Under the pieces are notes generated by a model, which was given only the letters and a program-made list of their open reading frames with translations, was not told the DNA's origin and did no database searches. A stretch of DNA of 56,672 bases from Chiloscyllium plagiosum (lineage: Eukaryota), in contig NC_057754.1 in NCBI RefSeq assembly GCF_004010195.1, positions 8,866,566-8,923,237 of the forward strand. The letters run 5' to 3'. Both the position numbers and the translations under genes were made by a program. Every line of letters begins with the position of its first letter. Within the stretch, counting starts at the first letter, position 1. Positions 12,784 through 25,769 of this stretch are shown here, one piece after another.

Positions 12784-13670
12784 CAGTAGATGTGCACCCA
12801 CTGTCCAATAAGGAACAGCAGAAAGACAGCCACCATCGCTGACCAATACAATACTCACTCTTTGATCTGTATCTCCAAATCTTTCTCCAAATTCCCAGTT
12901 TGAATACTTTTGAAGTTTGCGACTGTTTTCAAGGGTTCTTGGTATGGTGATACTTTGAAATACTGAGACATTGATTGACCACACCCTGACCATTTCTGGG
13001 CTTCATTGGCTTATTATAAATCCCAAATTCTCTTTCCTTCTCAAATTATCAATAGTATTTCTGCTCCATTTCTATTAGTTTCACTTCACTTTTCATCCTG
13101 TCATCTGCGACTTGTATGTAGATGGTCTCACCAATTTGATAACATTGTATCGTTCATTTTCTGCCATAACACTGATTGCTCCTCTGTGTGACAAAATTGC
13201 TCAGAAGGAATGCTTTCCTCGGAACTGTTTCATTGCTTCTGACATTTATTCTCATATCGATAGTATAACTCCTGTCAAAACCAGAAGTCTGTCTACAGTT
13301 GATACTTTGATAACTTAGATGCCAGCACAAGACTGAGAAATTTCCAAATGAAATTTTTGCAGTCTTGCAGACACCTTAGTGATTTCCATTACGTGCTCTT
13401 CCATTATTTTGTCCTGTGTTTCTAAATTTGTCAAAATCTGGTCACACCACATAAACAGTGAATAAGTCAACCTTTTGATAACTGTTCTTCACAGAAGTTA
13501 ACAAACTATCTAAACCTTCAAGTGTGTTTAAATCACTCATCCTGCTTCTCCATGATAAAGAAAGGGCTGATGCCAGAGCACTTCCAAAGCTTACTCAACC
13601 TCCTGGAATGACCACATCAATCTCCCGGCAGTTGTTCAAAGCATTCCTGGGATATTTTAGAATGACGTTT
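12784..13670 (-). mobile_element. Decayed Copia (GalEa-like) gag and protease N-terminal half
   Basis: LEGLDSLL...YQKVDL...FDKFR...MEEHVMEI; DRLLVLTGV; degenerate knuckle KPRNGQGVVNQCLSISKYHHT; LDSGCTST at 12785-12808. Confidence 0.65.
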
Positions 13671-15029
13671 GAAGTCAATATTGAAGCAGGAGCTCTCGCC
13701 AGTCAGGAATTGTCTTGGTGGCATTGGCTGCATTGCGATTTGAAAGGGAAACTGACGAGCAGCCAGGCACTGCCCTCAGCAACATGGCAGCGCCAGCCCT
13801 GAGCAGGGGTGAAACATGGAAGGGGTTGCTGCAGTAGCAAAAGTAAGTCAACTTTCACCTGCCTGGAAAATTCATACCACCAAAAACCCGACATGAAAGC
13901 TTCTCTTTCCTACTTCAACAAGCTGAGGATCCCAAGACTCATGATAAGGGAGTGCCACTCTTGCTCTGGAAAGCACTGTAGGCCCCTTCTCAGAGAGTAT
14001 GGACACACTCCACTACATCGCCAAAATTCAGCACGTGTTGGTTCTAATTCACATAAAACAACATTATAGTTTCACAAGTGTGTGCCTATATAGTATGGCT
14101 GTTGCAGGATAAGAATTCCCAGAGATGGTGTAAGTGGGCACTCTCTTGAGGAACAACTCTTGCTTTCTTTCTCCAGGGATGCTGCCAGACCTGCTGAGTT
14201 TCTCCTGCAATTTATAGAATATATAGAATATAGAACAATACAATGCAATACAGGCCCTTTGGCCCTCGATGTTGCGCTGATCTGAAGCCCATCGAACCTA
14301 CACTATTCCATTATCACCCATATATTTATCCAATGATCATTTAAATGCCCTTAATGTTGATGAGTTTAATACTATTGCAGGCAGGACGTTCCACACCCTT
14401 ACTAGTCTCTGAGTAAAGAGCCTACCTCTGCCATCTGTCCTATTCTGTCTTGTTTCAGATCTTCAGCAATGGAAAGGCTACTTCATTCTCTTGAGGTGCA
14501 TTATTTAAGGAGTTTTAGGTTAAATTTCATGAAGGTTATGTTTAACCTGAGAGTAGAGAAGATGTTGGTGCTGTGATAAGGCGATTTAAGTAATAAGCCA
14601 GAAGACCAGGCCAACAGTGTGGTAATGTGAATTCAAATCCCACAATGAAAGCAGACAGGATTCAAATTCAATTAATAAATCTGAAATCGAATGATAGTTT
14701 CTGTAATGATGATCATGAAACTATCCTCAATTGTTATTAAAAATTCACATAATTCATGAATAGCTCATAAGGAAGGAAATCTGCCGTTCTTGCCTTACCT
14801 GAAAATTCAAAACTTGCACATTAGGTTATGTAATAAGATGGAGTTGGATGTAGTATATTTAGCATGGATAGAGGTTTGGCTAACTAATAGAAGTCAGTGT
14901 TGGAAAAACAAGGAGCATTTTCAGGATGGCAACCTGTAACAAGTGGTTTGTCACAGAGATCAGTGCTGGAGCACTGTTATTTATAATTTCTATATTAATG
15001 ACTTGGTTGAAGAAAGTGAATGTAGCATA

Positions 15030-15285
15030 CACAACAAAGCAGGACAAATCCAACCCAGCCAGTTGCCATCCCATCACTATACACTTGGTCAACAGTAAAG
15101 TCATGGAAGGTGTCTTCGATAGTGCCATCGTGCAACACCTAATCAGCAATAACCTGCTCACTAAAACCCGGGTTGGAGTCTACCAGGGCCACCACGTTCC
15201 AGACTGCTTACAGCCTTGGCTCCAACATGAACAAAAAAAGCTGAATTCCAGCGATGAAGTTAGAGTGGGAGCTCTTAGCACTGAA
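15030..15285 (+). mobile_element. L2/CR1-group LINE RT fragment
   Basis: NPASCHPITIHLVNSKVMEGVFDSAIVQHLISNNLL, a degenerate YRPISLL motif. Confidence 0.65.
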
Positions 15286-15669
15286 TAGGATTAGACAGGG
15301 TAAATGCAGGAAGGGTGGTCTCTGATCAGGGAGTCCAGAACAAGAAATCATAGTCTAAGGATATGGGGTAGGTGTTTTAGGTGGCATTTCTTCAACACAG
15401 AGACTGGTGAGCCTGTGGAATTCTCTGCCACAGGAAACTGATAAGGTCAAAATACCGAAGACTTTAAAGAAAGGATCTGGGGATATGAGGAGAAAGTGGG
15501 AACGGAATGCTGAGCTGGATGATCATCCATGATCATATTGAATGGTGAGGCAGGCTCAAAGGCCCGTGCCTGCTCCTATATTCAATGTTTCTACCAAGGC
15601 CATGTTTGACTGAGTATGGAATCAAGAAGCCCTCAGAAATCTGGAGTCAATAGGATTATGGGGGAAACT

Positions 15670-18090
15670 CTTCGCTGATCGAAGGACGTCCTCAAGGGTA
15701 GTAATATCTGGATTACTCCCGGTGCTACGAGCTAGTGAAGGAGGATAGAGTAGATGAATGCATGGCTGAGTTGCTGGTGTATGGGAGGAGGGTTCACATT
15801 TTTGGATCATTGGAATCTCAGCTGGGGCAGAAGTGACCTGTAAAAGGAGGATGGATTGCACCTGAATTGGACGGGGACTAATATAGTGGCAGGGAGATTT
15901 GCTGGAACTGCTTGGGATGATTTAAACTAGTAAGGTGGGAGGGTGGGACCCAGGGAAATAGTGAGGAAAGAAATCAATTTGAGACTGGTACAGTTGAGAA
16001 AAGAAGCAAGTCAAGCAGTCAGGGACAAAGCAGAGAACAAGGTAGGACTGATAAATTAAACTGCATTTCTTTCAATGCAAGAGGCCTAATAGGGAAGGTA
16101 GATGAACTCAGGGCATGGTTAGGAACATGAAACTTCAATATCATAGCAATTACAGAAATGTGGCTCAGAGATAGACACGACTGGCGGCTTAATTTCCAGC
16201 ATACAAATGCTATACAAATAATAGAAATTGGGGCAAGAAAAGAGGAGGAGTGGTGTTTTTGATACAGGATAACAAAAAGGGTGTACTTAGGGAGAATACT
16301 CCTGGGAAAATTCCAGGGAGGTTATTTGGGTGGAACTGAGAAATAAGAAAGGGATGATCATCTTATGGGATTGCCCTAAATACCCCCAATAGTCAGTGGG
16401 AAATTGAGAAACAAATTTTGTAAGGAGATCTCAGCTATCTGTAAGAATAATAGGGTGGTAATGGCAGGGGATTTTAACTTTCCAAACATAGACTGGGACT
16501 GCCACAGTATTAAGGGTTCAGATAGAGAGGAATTTGTTAGATATGTACAAGAAAATTTTCTGATTCAGTATGTGGACATACTTACTAAAGAAGTTGCAAA
16601 ACCTGACTTACTCTCGGGAAACAAGGCAGGGCAGGTGACTGAGGTGTCACTGGGGGAGCACTTTGGAGCCAGCGACCATAATTCTATTAGTTTTAAAAAC
16701 AGTGATGAGAAAGGATAGACCAGGTCTAAAAGTTGAAGTTCTAAATTGGAGGAAGGCTAATTTTGATGGTATTAGGCAAGAGCTTTCAGAAGTTGATTGG
16801 GGGCAGATGTTCTCAGGTAAAGGGACAGCTGGAAAACGGGAAGCCCTCAAACATAAGACATTGAGAGTCAAGAGACAGTATGTTCTTGTTAGAGTGAAAG
16901 GCAAGACTGACAGATGTAGGGAATGCTGGATCTCGAGAGAAATTAAAGTTTTGATCAACAAAAAGAAGAAAGTATATGTCAGGTATAGACAGCAGAGATA
17001 GAGTGAATCCTTCGAAGAGTATAAAGGCAGTAGGAGTATAATTAAGAGAGAAATCAGAAGAGCAAAAAGGGAACATGAGATAGCTTTGACAAATAGGGTT
17101 AGAAGAATCCAAGGAGATTTTATAAATACATTAAAGACAAAAGGGTAACTAGGGTTCCTCAAAGAGTTAGTAAGTTTGCAGATGACACCAAAACTAGAGG
17201 TGTAGTGGACAATGAAGAAGGTTACTTTGGATTACAATAGATCTTGATCTGATGGGCCAACAGGCTGAGGAGTGGCAGAAGGAGTTTAATTTACATAAAT
17301 ACGAGGGGCCTCATTTTGGGAAAGTAATTCTTAGCAGGACTTATACACTTAATGGTAAGGTCCTAGGGAGAGTTGCTGAACAAAGAGACCTTGGAGTGCA
17401 GGTTCATCATTACTTGAAAGTGGAGTCACAGGTCGTTAGGATAGTGAAGAAGGTGTTTGGTATGCGTTCCTTTATTTGTCAAACCATTGAATATAGGAAT
17501 TGGGAGGTCATGTTGTGCGTATCCAGGACATTGGTTAGGCTACTTTGGAATACTGCATTCAATTTTGGTCTCTATGTTGTAGGAAGGATGTTGTGAAACT
17601 TGAAAGGTTCAGAAAAGATTTGCAAGCTTGTTGCCAGGGTTGGAGGGTTTGAGCTACAGGGAGAGGCTGAATAGGCTGGGGCTGTTTTCCCTGGAGCGTC
17701 TGAGGCTGAGGGATGACTTTATAAAGGTTTATAAAATCATGAGGGGCACGGTTAGGATAAATAGACAAGGTCTTTTCCCTGAGTTGGGGGGAGTCCAGAA
17801 CTAAAGGACATAGGTTTAGGGTGAGAGGGGAAAGACATAAAAGGGACCTAAGGAGCAACTTTTTCACACAGAGGGTGGTGCGTGTATGGAATGAGCTGCC
17901 AGAGGAAGTGGTGGAGACTGGTACAGTTACAAAAAACAAGGACATCTGGATGGGTATATTAATCGGAAGGGTTTAAATGGAGACTGGCCAAATGCTGGTA
18001 AATGGTATTAGATTAATTTAGGATATCTGGTCAGCATGGACGGGTTAGACCGAAGGGTCTGTTTCCGTGCTGTACATCTCTCTGACTCTA
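15670..18090 (+). mobile_element. CR1 LINE with ORF1 end (SGNH esterase-like), ORF2 endonuclease, internal deletion near 17160 and RT C-terminus
   Basis: VVISGLLPV...DGLHLNWTGTNI; FNARGL...; VVMAGDFNFPNIDW...SDHNSI; then SKFADDTK through the 3' tail. Confidence 0.9.
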
Positions 18091-18134
18091 CATCTGGCAC
18101 ACAGGATCATAGTTCAGGTTTTTATAGATTGGAG

Positions 18135-19478
18135 TCATCGAATCACAGAGATATACAGCATGGAAACAGACCCTTCAGTCCAACTCGTCAATGCCGACCA
18201 GATATCCCAATCTAGTCTCGAGCCATTTCCCAGCACCTGGCCCATATCCCTCCAAGCCCTTCCTATTCGTATGCTCTTCCAGATGCCTCTTATATGCTGT
18301 AACTGTACCAGCCTCCATCACTTCCTCTGGCAGCTTATTCCATACACGCACCACCCTCTGTGTGAAAAGGTTGCCTCTTAGGTCTCTTTTATATCTTTCC
18401 CCTCTCACCCTAAACCTATCCCCTCTAGTTCTGCACTCCCCCCACACCAGGGAGAACACCTTGTCTATTTATCCTATCCATGCCCTTCATGGATCTTATT
18501 CATCTCTGTCAGGTCACCCAACAGCTTCCGATGATCCAGGGAAAACAGCCCAGCCTATTCAGTCTCTCCCTATCACTCAAATTCTCCAACCCTGACAACA
18601 TACTTGTAAATCTTTTCTGAACCCTTTCAAGTTTCACAACATCTTTCCGATAGGAAGGAGCCTAGAATTGCATGCAATATTCCAAAAGTGGCCAAACCAA
18701 TGTCCTGTACAGCCATAACATGACCTCCCATCTCCTGTACTCAATACTCTGACCAATAAAGTAAAGCATACCAAATGCTTTCTTCACTATCCTATCTACC
18801 TGCGACTCTACTTTCAAGGAACTATGAACCTGCGCTCTAAGGTCTCTTTGTTCAGCAACACTCCCCAGGACCTTTCTATTAAGTGTATAAGTCCTGCTCC
18901 GATTTACTTTTCCAAAATGCAGCACCTCGTATTTATTTAAATTAAACTCCATCTGCAACTCCTCAGCCCATTGGCCCAAGATGCCATTGTAATCTGAGGT
19001 AACCTTCTTCGCTGTCCACCACACCTCCAATTTAGGTGTCATCTGAAACTTACTAACACTTCTTCCTATGTTCACATCCAAATCATTTATACAAATGACG
19101 AAACGTAGTGGATCCAGCACCGATTCTTGAGGCACAGGCCTCCAGTCTGAAAAACAACCCTCCACACCTTCCTCTGTCTTCTACCTACGAGCCAGTTCTG
19201 TATCCAAATGGCTAGTTCTCCCTGTATTCCATGTGATCTAACCTTGCTAACCAGTCCCTCATGGGGAACCTGGTCGAACGCCTTACTGAAGTCCATTTAG
19301 ATCAGGTCCATTGCTCTGCCCTCATCAATCCTCTTTGTTACTTCTTCAAAAAGCTCAATCAAGTTCATTAGATTTGATTTCCCACACACAAAGCCATGTT
19401 GACTCTCGCTAATCAGTCCTTGCCTTTCCAAATACATGTAAATCCTGTCCCTCAGGATTCCCTCCAACAACTTGCTCA
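18135..19478 (-). mobile_element. 5'-truncated CR1 LINE
   Basis: SQHGF, MDFSKAFD, INDLD and LEYCMQF motifs in minus-strand ORFs. Confidence 0.92.
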
Positions 19479-20119
19479 CACACTTTCAGGACATTTCTAA
19501 AGAAATTCCTCAGGGTAGATATTTTCAAATTAACCTATTTGGAGACATCTCAATGACTCTATGACATGTTATGACACAGCCCTGGAGCAGATGGGACTAG
19601 AAGCTGTTCCTCCTGGCTGAGAGGTAGGGAGACTACCATTGCACCCGAAGAGTCCTTTCCTCAGGTTAGTGTCCTCAGCCCAACCATTTTCAGCTGCCTC
19701 ATCAATGACCTTCTCTCCATTGTAAGGTCAGAAGTGGGGACGTTCACCCATTATTGCACAATGTTCAGCACCATTCATGACTCCTCCAACATTGCAGTAG
19801 TATCCAAATTCATCTTAGTAAAACAAACAAGAGCATGACTGATACAATTAACGGTAGAGCGCTGGCTAGTGTTGTAGAAGAGAGACCTAGAGGTACAGAT
19901 ACATAATTCTTACAAATTTCAGGGTGGTTAAGGCGGCATTTAGCACACTTGTTTTCACTGCTCAGACCTTTGAGTACAACAGTTGGGACGTCATGTTGAA
20001 GTTGTACAGGACATTGGAGAGGTCTTCCTGAAGACTGTGCGTAATTCTGGTCAGCCTGCTATAGGAAGGATATTGTTAAATTGGAGAGGGTTCAGGAAAG
20101 ATTTAAAGGATGTTACCGG

Positions 20120-21874
20120 TGTCACAAAGTTGGTGTGTAAAAATGCTAAAATTGTAAAATGGGGGAATGCATGATGTCATCCCTTTAAGATAAAGTGCTT
20201 GTTATGCTTCAAGATTTAAAAGTGAATGTCTATAGGTAACATAGAACAATACAGCACAGAACAGGCCCTTCGGCCCACGATGTTGTGCCGAACATTTGTC
20301 CTAGCTTAAGCACCCATCCATGTACCTATCCAATTGCCGCTTAAAGGTCACCAAAGATTCTGACTCTACCACTCCCATAGGCAGCGCATTCCATGCCCCC
20401 ACCACTCTCTGGGTAAAGAGTGAAGGGGGATAAACTGAGAGAGGATAGAAAGGGGAGCGACTGACTGAGCGGGAGATGAAGAGATGTTAGATGAGGGTGA
20501 AGTTAGATAGATCAGAAGACCGCATTAGAGTTGATCAGTATGCACAGACAGAAGTTAGAAGTTTTATTTAGAATTTCCTCTGGACTGCAAGCCTTTTGTC
20601 TAGCAACTTTCAAAGACCTATGAACATAGACCCCAAGATCCCTCTGCTCCTCCACCTCACTAAGAACCCTACCGTTAACCCTGTATTCCGCATTCTTATT
20701 TGTCTTTCCAAAATGGACAACCTCACACTTGGCAGGGTTGAACTCCATCTGCCACTCCTCAGCCTAGCTCTGCATCATATCTAAGTCCCTTTGCAGCCGA
20801 CAACAGCCCTCCTCACTATCCACAACTCCATCCATCTTCGTATCATCTGCAAATTTACTGACCCACCCTTCGACTCCCTCATCCAAGTCATTAATAAAAA
20901 TTACAAACAGCAGAGGACCCAGAACTGATCCCTGCGGAACTCCACTTGTAACTGGGCTCCAGGCTGAATATTTACCATCTACCACCACTCTCTGACTTCG
21001 ACCGGTTAGCCAGCTGTAGATGTTCAATTTAACATAATATATCAAAAAGCCATTCAGTTAGCAGGCCCAAGCAGCATTTTTACCCAGCCAATTAATTTAG
21101 AGGCGCACTTGGAGACTAATGACCAATTAAATTCAAATCTGATGGGGTTGACAATCAGAAACCAATCATATTATAAGAATTTGATGTGGCATGAGGGGTA
21201 TCTAATAGAGGGATTCGACAGACAGGAAGAGCCAACTACCCTCTGAAGGGAAGAGAGAGCAAATTGCTATCGGAGAAAGAACTTCCAGACTCCTACAAGA
21301 AAGTTCCATGCCCCCTCTTTAAAGAAAAGCACAATCTATCTATCAATGTACATGGCTCCTTTAGTGAATATTTTTGACACGAGAAAGTGACTGAGAAGGC
21401 ATTTTAGACGTGAAGAATTCAACAGAGAGAGGTGTTCAGAACAGATGAATTATAACAAAAACATCTGCAACAGCAGAATCAGTGGGGAGGAGCAGTCTGG
21501 AGGATTCATTCTACGTGTAGAGACTAAGTTTTAACTTACTGTTCTTGTTAATTGGTATAAGTGGGATTGTGTCATTGAAACAGCATACTTGCTGGAATTT
21601 AGTTCAGTAAGGGATTAGATAATAGTCAGAGAGATCTTTTCTGTTTTAATAAGTTCTGTTAATTTATTCACTTTTGGAGTTAGATAAATAAATTGTTAGT
21701 TAGAGTGGGTGAAAGGATTCCATTTCATTTAACCACCCCTTTATAACAGATTCAGGGTAAGAGGCAGGTTATACCATTTTTCACACTTCTATTATCAGAT
21801 TCTGAGGTGAGGTGATCTTTTCTGGGTGTTCCAGTTTTAATTATCAGAGGGATGACTACCTCTGCTTCATAATA
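20120..21874 (+). mobile_element. Probable solo LTR containing a nested young CR1 fragment
   Basis: TGTCACA start, CATAATA end, 4-bp TSD CCGG/CTGG; CCAAT boxes 21088-21166; AATAAA ~21687. Confidence 0.6.
20238..21013 (-). mobile_element. CpG-rich young CR1 fragment, internally rearranged
   Basis: ORF 20764..21045(-): [21 protein letters not shown]...[10 protein letters not shown]1 tail at 20238-20417. Confidence 0.85.
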
Positions 21875-22560
21875 CTGGGGATGGAAGTTTAAATTATAAA
21901 AATAGACTTGATAGGCTGGGTCATTTTTCACTGGAGCATAGGATGTTGAGGGTGACATTAGAGGTTTATAAAATTGAGGGGCATAGGTAAGGAGAATAGC
22001 TAAGGTCTTTTCCCTTGGGTGGCTGAGTTCAAAACCGGAGGGGAATTGTTAAGGTGAGAGGGAAAAAGTTTTTAAAAGGGGGCAACTTTTTTAAAGAGTG
22101 GTGGATGTGGTTACAGTCACAGCATTTAAAGGACATTTGGAATAGGTACATGAATAGGAGAGGTTTGGAGGGATATCGGCCAAACGCAGGCAAATGGGAT
22201 TATTTTAGATTGGGAACATGGTAGTGTGGACTAATTGGACTGAAAGCTCTGTTTCTGTGCTGTGTGACTCTGATTCTAAAAGTAACACAACTGCAAATTG
22301 TAACTATATGCTTCTACTAGTCAAAAGGTTCATTTTCAGAAGGGAGGGATGGGTAATCTTACCTTTAAATGTTTACATTTTGACTCAACCATTTTCTGTT
22401 ATCAATTTTATACATCAAAAAGACACCAAACTTAAACAGACTTCAAGTTGATACTTTTGAGAGCTTTATTTCAGTTAGCCACACTCCATAAAACTCAAAC
22501 CCTCTTGATTGTTAGCTTCCTATATTTATACAATTATTAAACACTTATATATATATATTT

Positions 22561-22865
22561 GTTCGCACTGCTGCTTCACAGCCTAGGGGCATGGATTTGA
22601 TTCCACCCTCGAGCGACTCTGTGTGAAGTTTGCACATTCTCCTAGTGTCTGCGTGGGTCTTCTCCAGGTGTTCCGGGTCCTTCTCTCTCCCCCCCCCTCT
22701 CCAAAGTACAAAAATGTGCAAGTTAGATGGATTGGCCATGGGAAAAGCAGGGTTACAGGAATAGGGTAGGGCGGTGGGTCTGGGTGGGATGCTCTTCAGA
22801 GGATCAGTGTGGGCCTTGATGGAGTGAACGGCCTACTTCCACACTGTTGGGATCCTAATGATTCT
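22561..22865 (+). mobile_element. HE1-like SINE
   Basis: GCACTGCTGCTTCACAGC head and central domain. Confidence 0.8.
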
Positions 22866-23694
22866 ATTCAGTCATAGCCATCTTCAGACCATATTAAATG
22901 ACAGCATCCAGTTCCAATCACCATGTTCCAGTTATAATGTGATCACAGGAAAGTGGTCAGTGGAGTGTTATTAAGAAGTTTGCCAGTACTACAGAGTTTG
23001 AGGAGAATGATGGGTTCAGCTCTTTAATTTGGACTGAGAAGACTCTGGGGAGATTTAATTGAGGTGAATACAACCAATAGGGCCTGACATCAGTTTTTCC
23101 TGTCCATTCATCCTTCTTGAGCAGAGAGATCAACAACTAATAGATGGCGAATTTAACATAATTGGGCTAGAAGAGATTTGAGAAATGTTTTCACTATGTA
23201 GGGACTTGTATGCCCAATCACTGCCTGATTGGGCAGGAGAAGCAGAAAGTTTCCTCACATTTGAAAAGTGCTGGATTTACACTTGACCTGTGTAAGGTCA
23301 CAGAGCAGGAGCTGGAAAGTGAGATTGGGCTGGCACAGACATGATGGGCCATAGGGCCTCCTCGTCAGGTAAGTGTTCATTTCCTTCTTCTCGTTCCATC
23401 ACTGAATACATTTATAACTAAGGTAAACAGAGTATTGGTTTGCCAGGAAATTGAGGGATATAGGAACAGGCAAAAAAGGTCTGATGATTAACCAGGATTA
23501 TACTGAATGGCAGAATGGTATGGTCCACTCCTGTTCCTCTCTCTCATTTTCGACAACACACTGTCTTGTTTCCAGCAAAACTGACTGACTTGCCCGAAGT
23601 CCAGAACACTGTACACCAGCCCAGTTATGCAAATTATTCACTACAACTGAAACACAAAAGGGTTGTGATTCACAGCAGATACCAATCCTAGTAG

Positions 23695-24285
23695 TCAATT
23701 GTGAACTCGCTGGTGTGTCAGCAAGTGAGCTGAACGAGCAAATCTCCTCCCACACACAGAGCAGATGAATGGCCTCTCCCCAGTGTGAACCCGCTGGTGG
23801 GACCGCAGATTGGATGACTGAGAAAACCCCTTACCACACTCGGAGCAAATGAACACCTTCTCCCCTGTGTGAACCCGTTGGTGTGTTACCAGGTTGGACG
23901 ACGAAGTGAAGCCCTTCCCACACATGGAGCAGATGTATGGCCTCTCCCCAGTGTGAACTCTTTGGTGTTGAATGAGGTGAGATGATTGTCTGAATCTCTT
24001 CTCACAGCGAGAGCAACCAAACGGTCTCTCATCACTGTGAACAAGCTGATGTTTAATTAAATCTGGTGAGATTTTAAAGCAGTTCCCACAGTCAAAGCAT
24101 TTAAAAGGCCTCTCATCGGTGTGAACCCGCCGGTGTAACTGAAGGCTGGATGACAGTGTGAATCCCCTTCCACACTCGGAACATGTAAACGGCCTCTCTC
24201 CAGTGTGACTGCGCCGATGAGCTTCCAGCTGGGACGGAGAACTGAATCCCTTCCCACAGTCTGCACATTTCCATGGTTTCTCCAT
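23695..24285 (-). CDS. C2H2 zinc-finger protein, 7 fingers, 196 aa, no effector domain (ZNF-A)
   Basis: Seven CX2CX12HX3H units with TGERP-type linkers; in-frame upstream stop at 24301-24303; putative splice acceptor CCTTTTACAG at 24637-24646(-). Confidence 0.9.
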   Translation of the reverse strand: MEKPWKCADCGKGFSSPSQLEAHRRSHTGERPFTCSECGRGFTLSSSLQLHRRVHTDERPFKCFDCGNCFKISPDLIKHQLVHSDERPFGCSRCEKRFRQSSHLIQHQRVHTGERPYICSMCGKGFTSSSNLVTHQRVHTGEKVFICSECGKGFSQSSNLRSHQRVHTGERPFICSVCGRRFARSAHLLTHQRVHN

Positions 24286-24859
24286 AGTGTCAGTGTTGCT
24301 TCACGTTGGATGATCTGTTGAAGGCTGGGCCACCCAGAACACTTGTACCATTAATGTCTTCCTGCTGTGATTATAACGTTGCTTCAGGATTTCCACAGTC
24401 AGCACACTGGGGAACACTCACTCGGCTGTGAGCATCTCTGTGTTTTCCCAGTCACAGTGATATTAGAAACCACTTCCCACGCAACAAGACCAGAAAAACA
24501 CTTCTCTTTCCACATTCAAAGACAGGTGATGTTCAGGCCCTGAGGAATCGAGTAGTTCTGTCTCTAGTTGTAGCTCTGATCCTGTAGCTACGCTCAATTT
24601 GAGTTTCCTGTCTGTACATCATGCTTTTCTAATATCCTGTAAAAGGAAGAGTGTTAATGTCAATATCAATCCAGGATAGAAGTAAAGAACAGAAAGTTCC
24701 ACCTTCTGTGGAACATTCTTTCCCTTCATTTCCAACACACGTGGTCAAGTGAAACTAAAAGAACCAAAAACCAACTATCCTAACAAGAGTAGCAAATGTT
24801 CGGGAACATTCAGCCCACCTGCTAGTTCCCATCCAAGCCGAACACAATCCTGATTTGGT

Positions 24860-25260
24860 GCGTGTGGTTCAATGCCGAGCACTAGGACCCGGTTGAGAAA
24901 CAAGCTGCGAGGCCCCACCCACCCCTCCCGGCCCCAGAAGAGCTGCGCATGCGTTCTGTTCTCGCTGAACAAAGATGGCTGCCGTTCATCGGGGCGTTTG
25001 CTTGGTCAAAGACTCGGATCGGAAAACACGAGACCTGCAGGTTCGTATTCAAGGAGTCAGGCATTCCCCAAGTATTTAGGAACCCTCCCCGCCCAGCCGC
25101 CGACTCCGTGGCTCCCTCCGCGAATCCGCATCTTTATCGGCCTCAGACCCAACAAACATCGCTCACACGTCACCGTCAATCGCCCTACGCATGCTCCAAA
25201 CGCTGTTCCGTAGTGCGCATGTGCACTGCTTTCCTATAATATAGACAGATGAGCTGCTCC
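24860..25260. promoter_or_regulatory. CpG island, probable bidirectional promoter between ZNF-A and ZNF-B
   Basis: CpG-dense; NRF1-like GCGCATGCG ~24945, plus ~25187 and ~25214; YY1-like AAGATGGCTGCC ~24972; degenerate shared module 25158-25182. Confidence 0.7.
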
Positions 25261-25769
25261 ATCGCATTGTATGCCGGGTATTTATGCCACCATTGAGCAT
25301 CCGTTTTACACACTTCCACTTGTTTTGCTACTAAGTGGAGAACTCTCTGGGCGAAGTAACGTAAGGGACAGGCAATCAATAAAACACATGTTATACAGAA
25401 AACCAAGTGTACAGACTCTCCATTATCAATTAGGCAGAATGTATTTGGAATTGGTGGGAAATTGACAGCAACAACAACGGAATCCAAACATAGATGAGTG
25501 ACTGACTTAATTTTTCCAGTGAGTTGTGATTAAGACAACATTTTTGAGTCTGCTTTGGTTTGTGTAATTTGTTTTATTCTGCTGACGTTCATTAACAATG
25601 GGGAATTCCTGGAAGTAGGCTGCAGAACTGTTCTTTAGCAGTCATTACGGAATGTGCATGTCACTCACAATGCCAACATTTATTGCTATGTTTAAATGCT
25701 CATGGCTATCCACCTTCTAGAAAATTGACCAGGTATGTTATGTCCACAAATAGCACAACAAATCCAACT

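Larger units (their letters stand above)
19850..22275 (+). mobile_element. CR1 3' fragment split by an LTR (pieces 19850-20119 and 21875-22275)
   Basis: CR1 sequence continues across the insertion: AGGATGTTACCGG|...|CTGGGGATGGAAG...GATAGGCTGGG. Confidence 0.75.
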
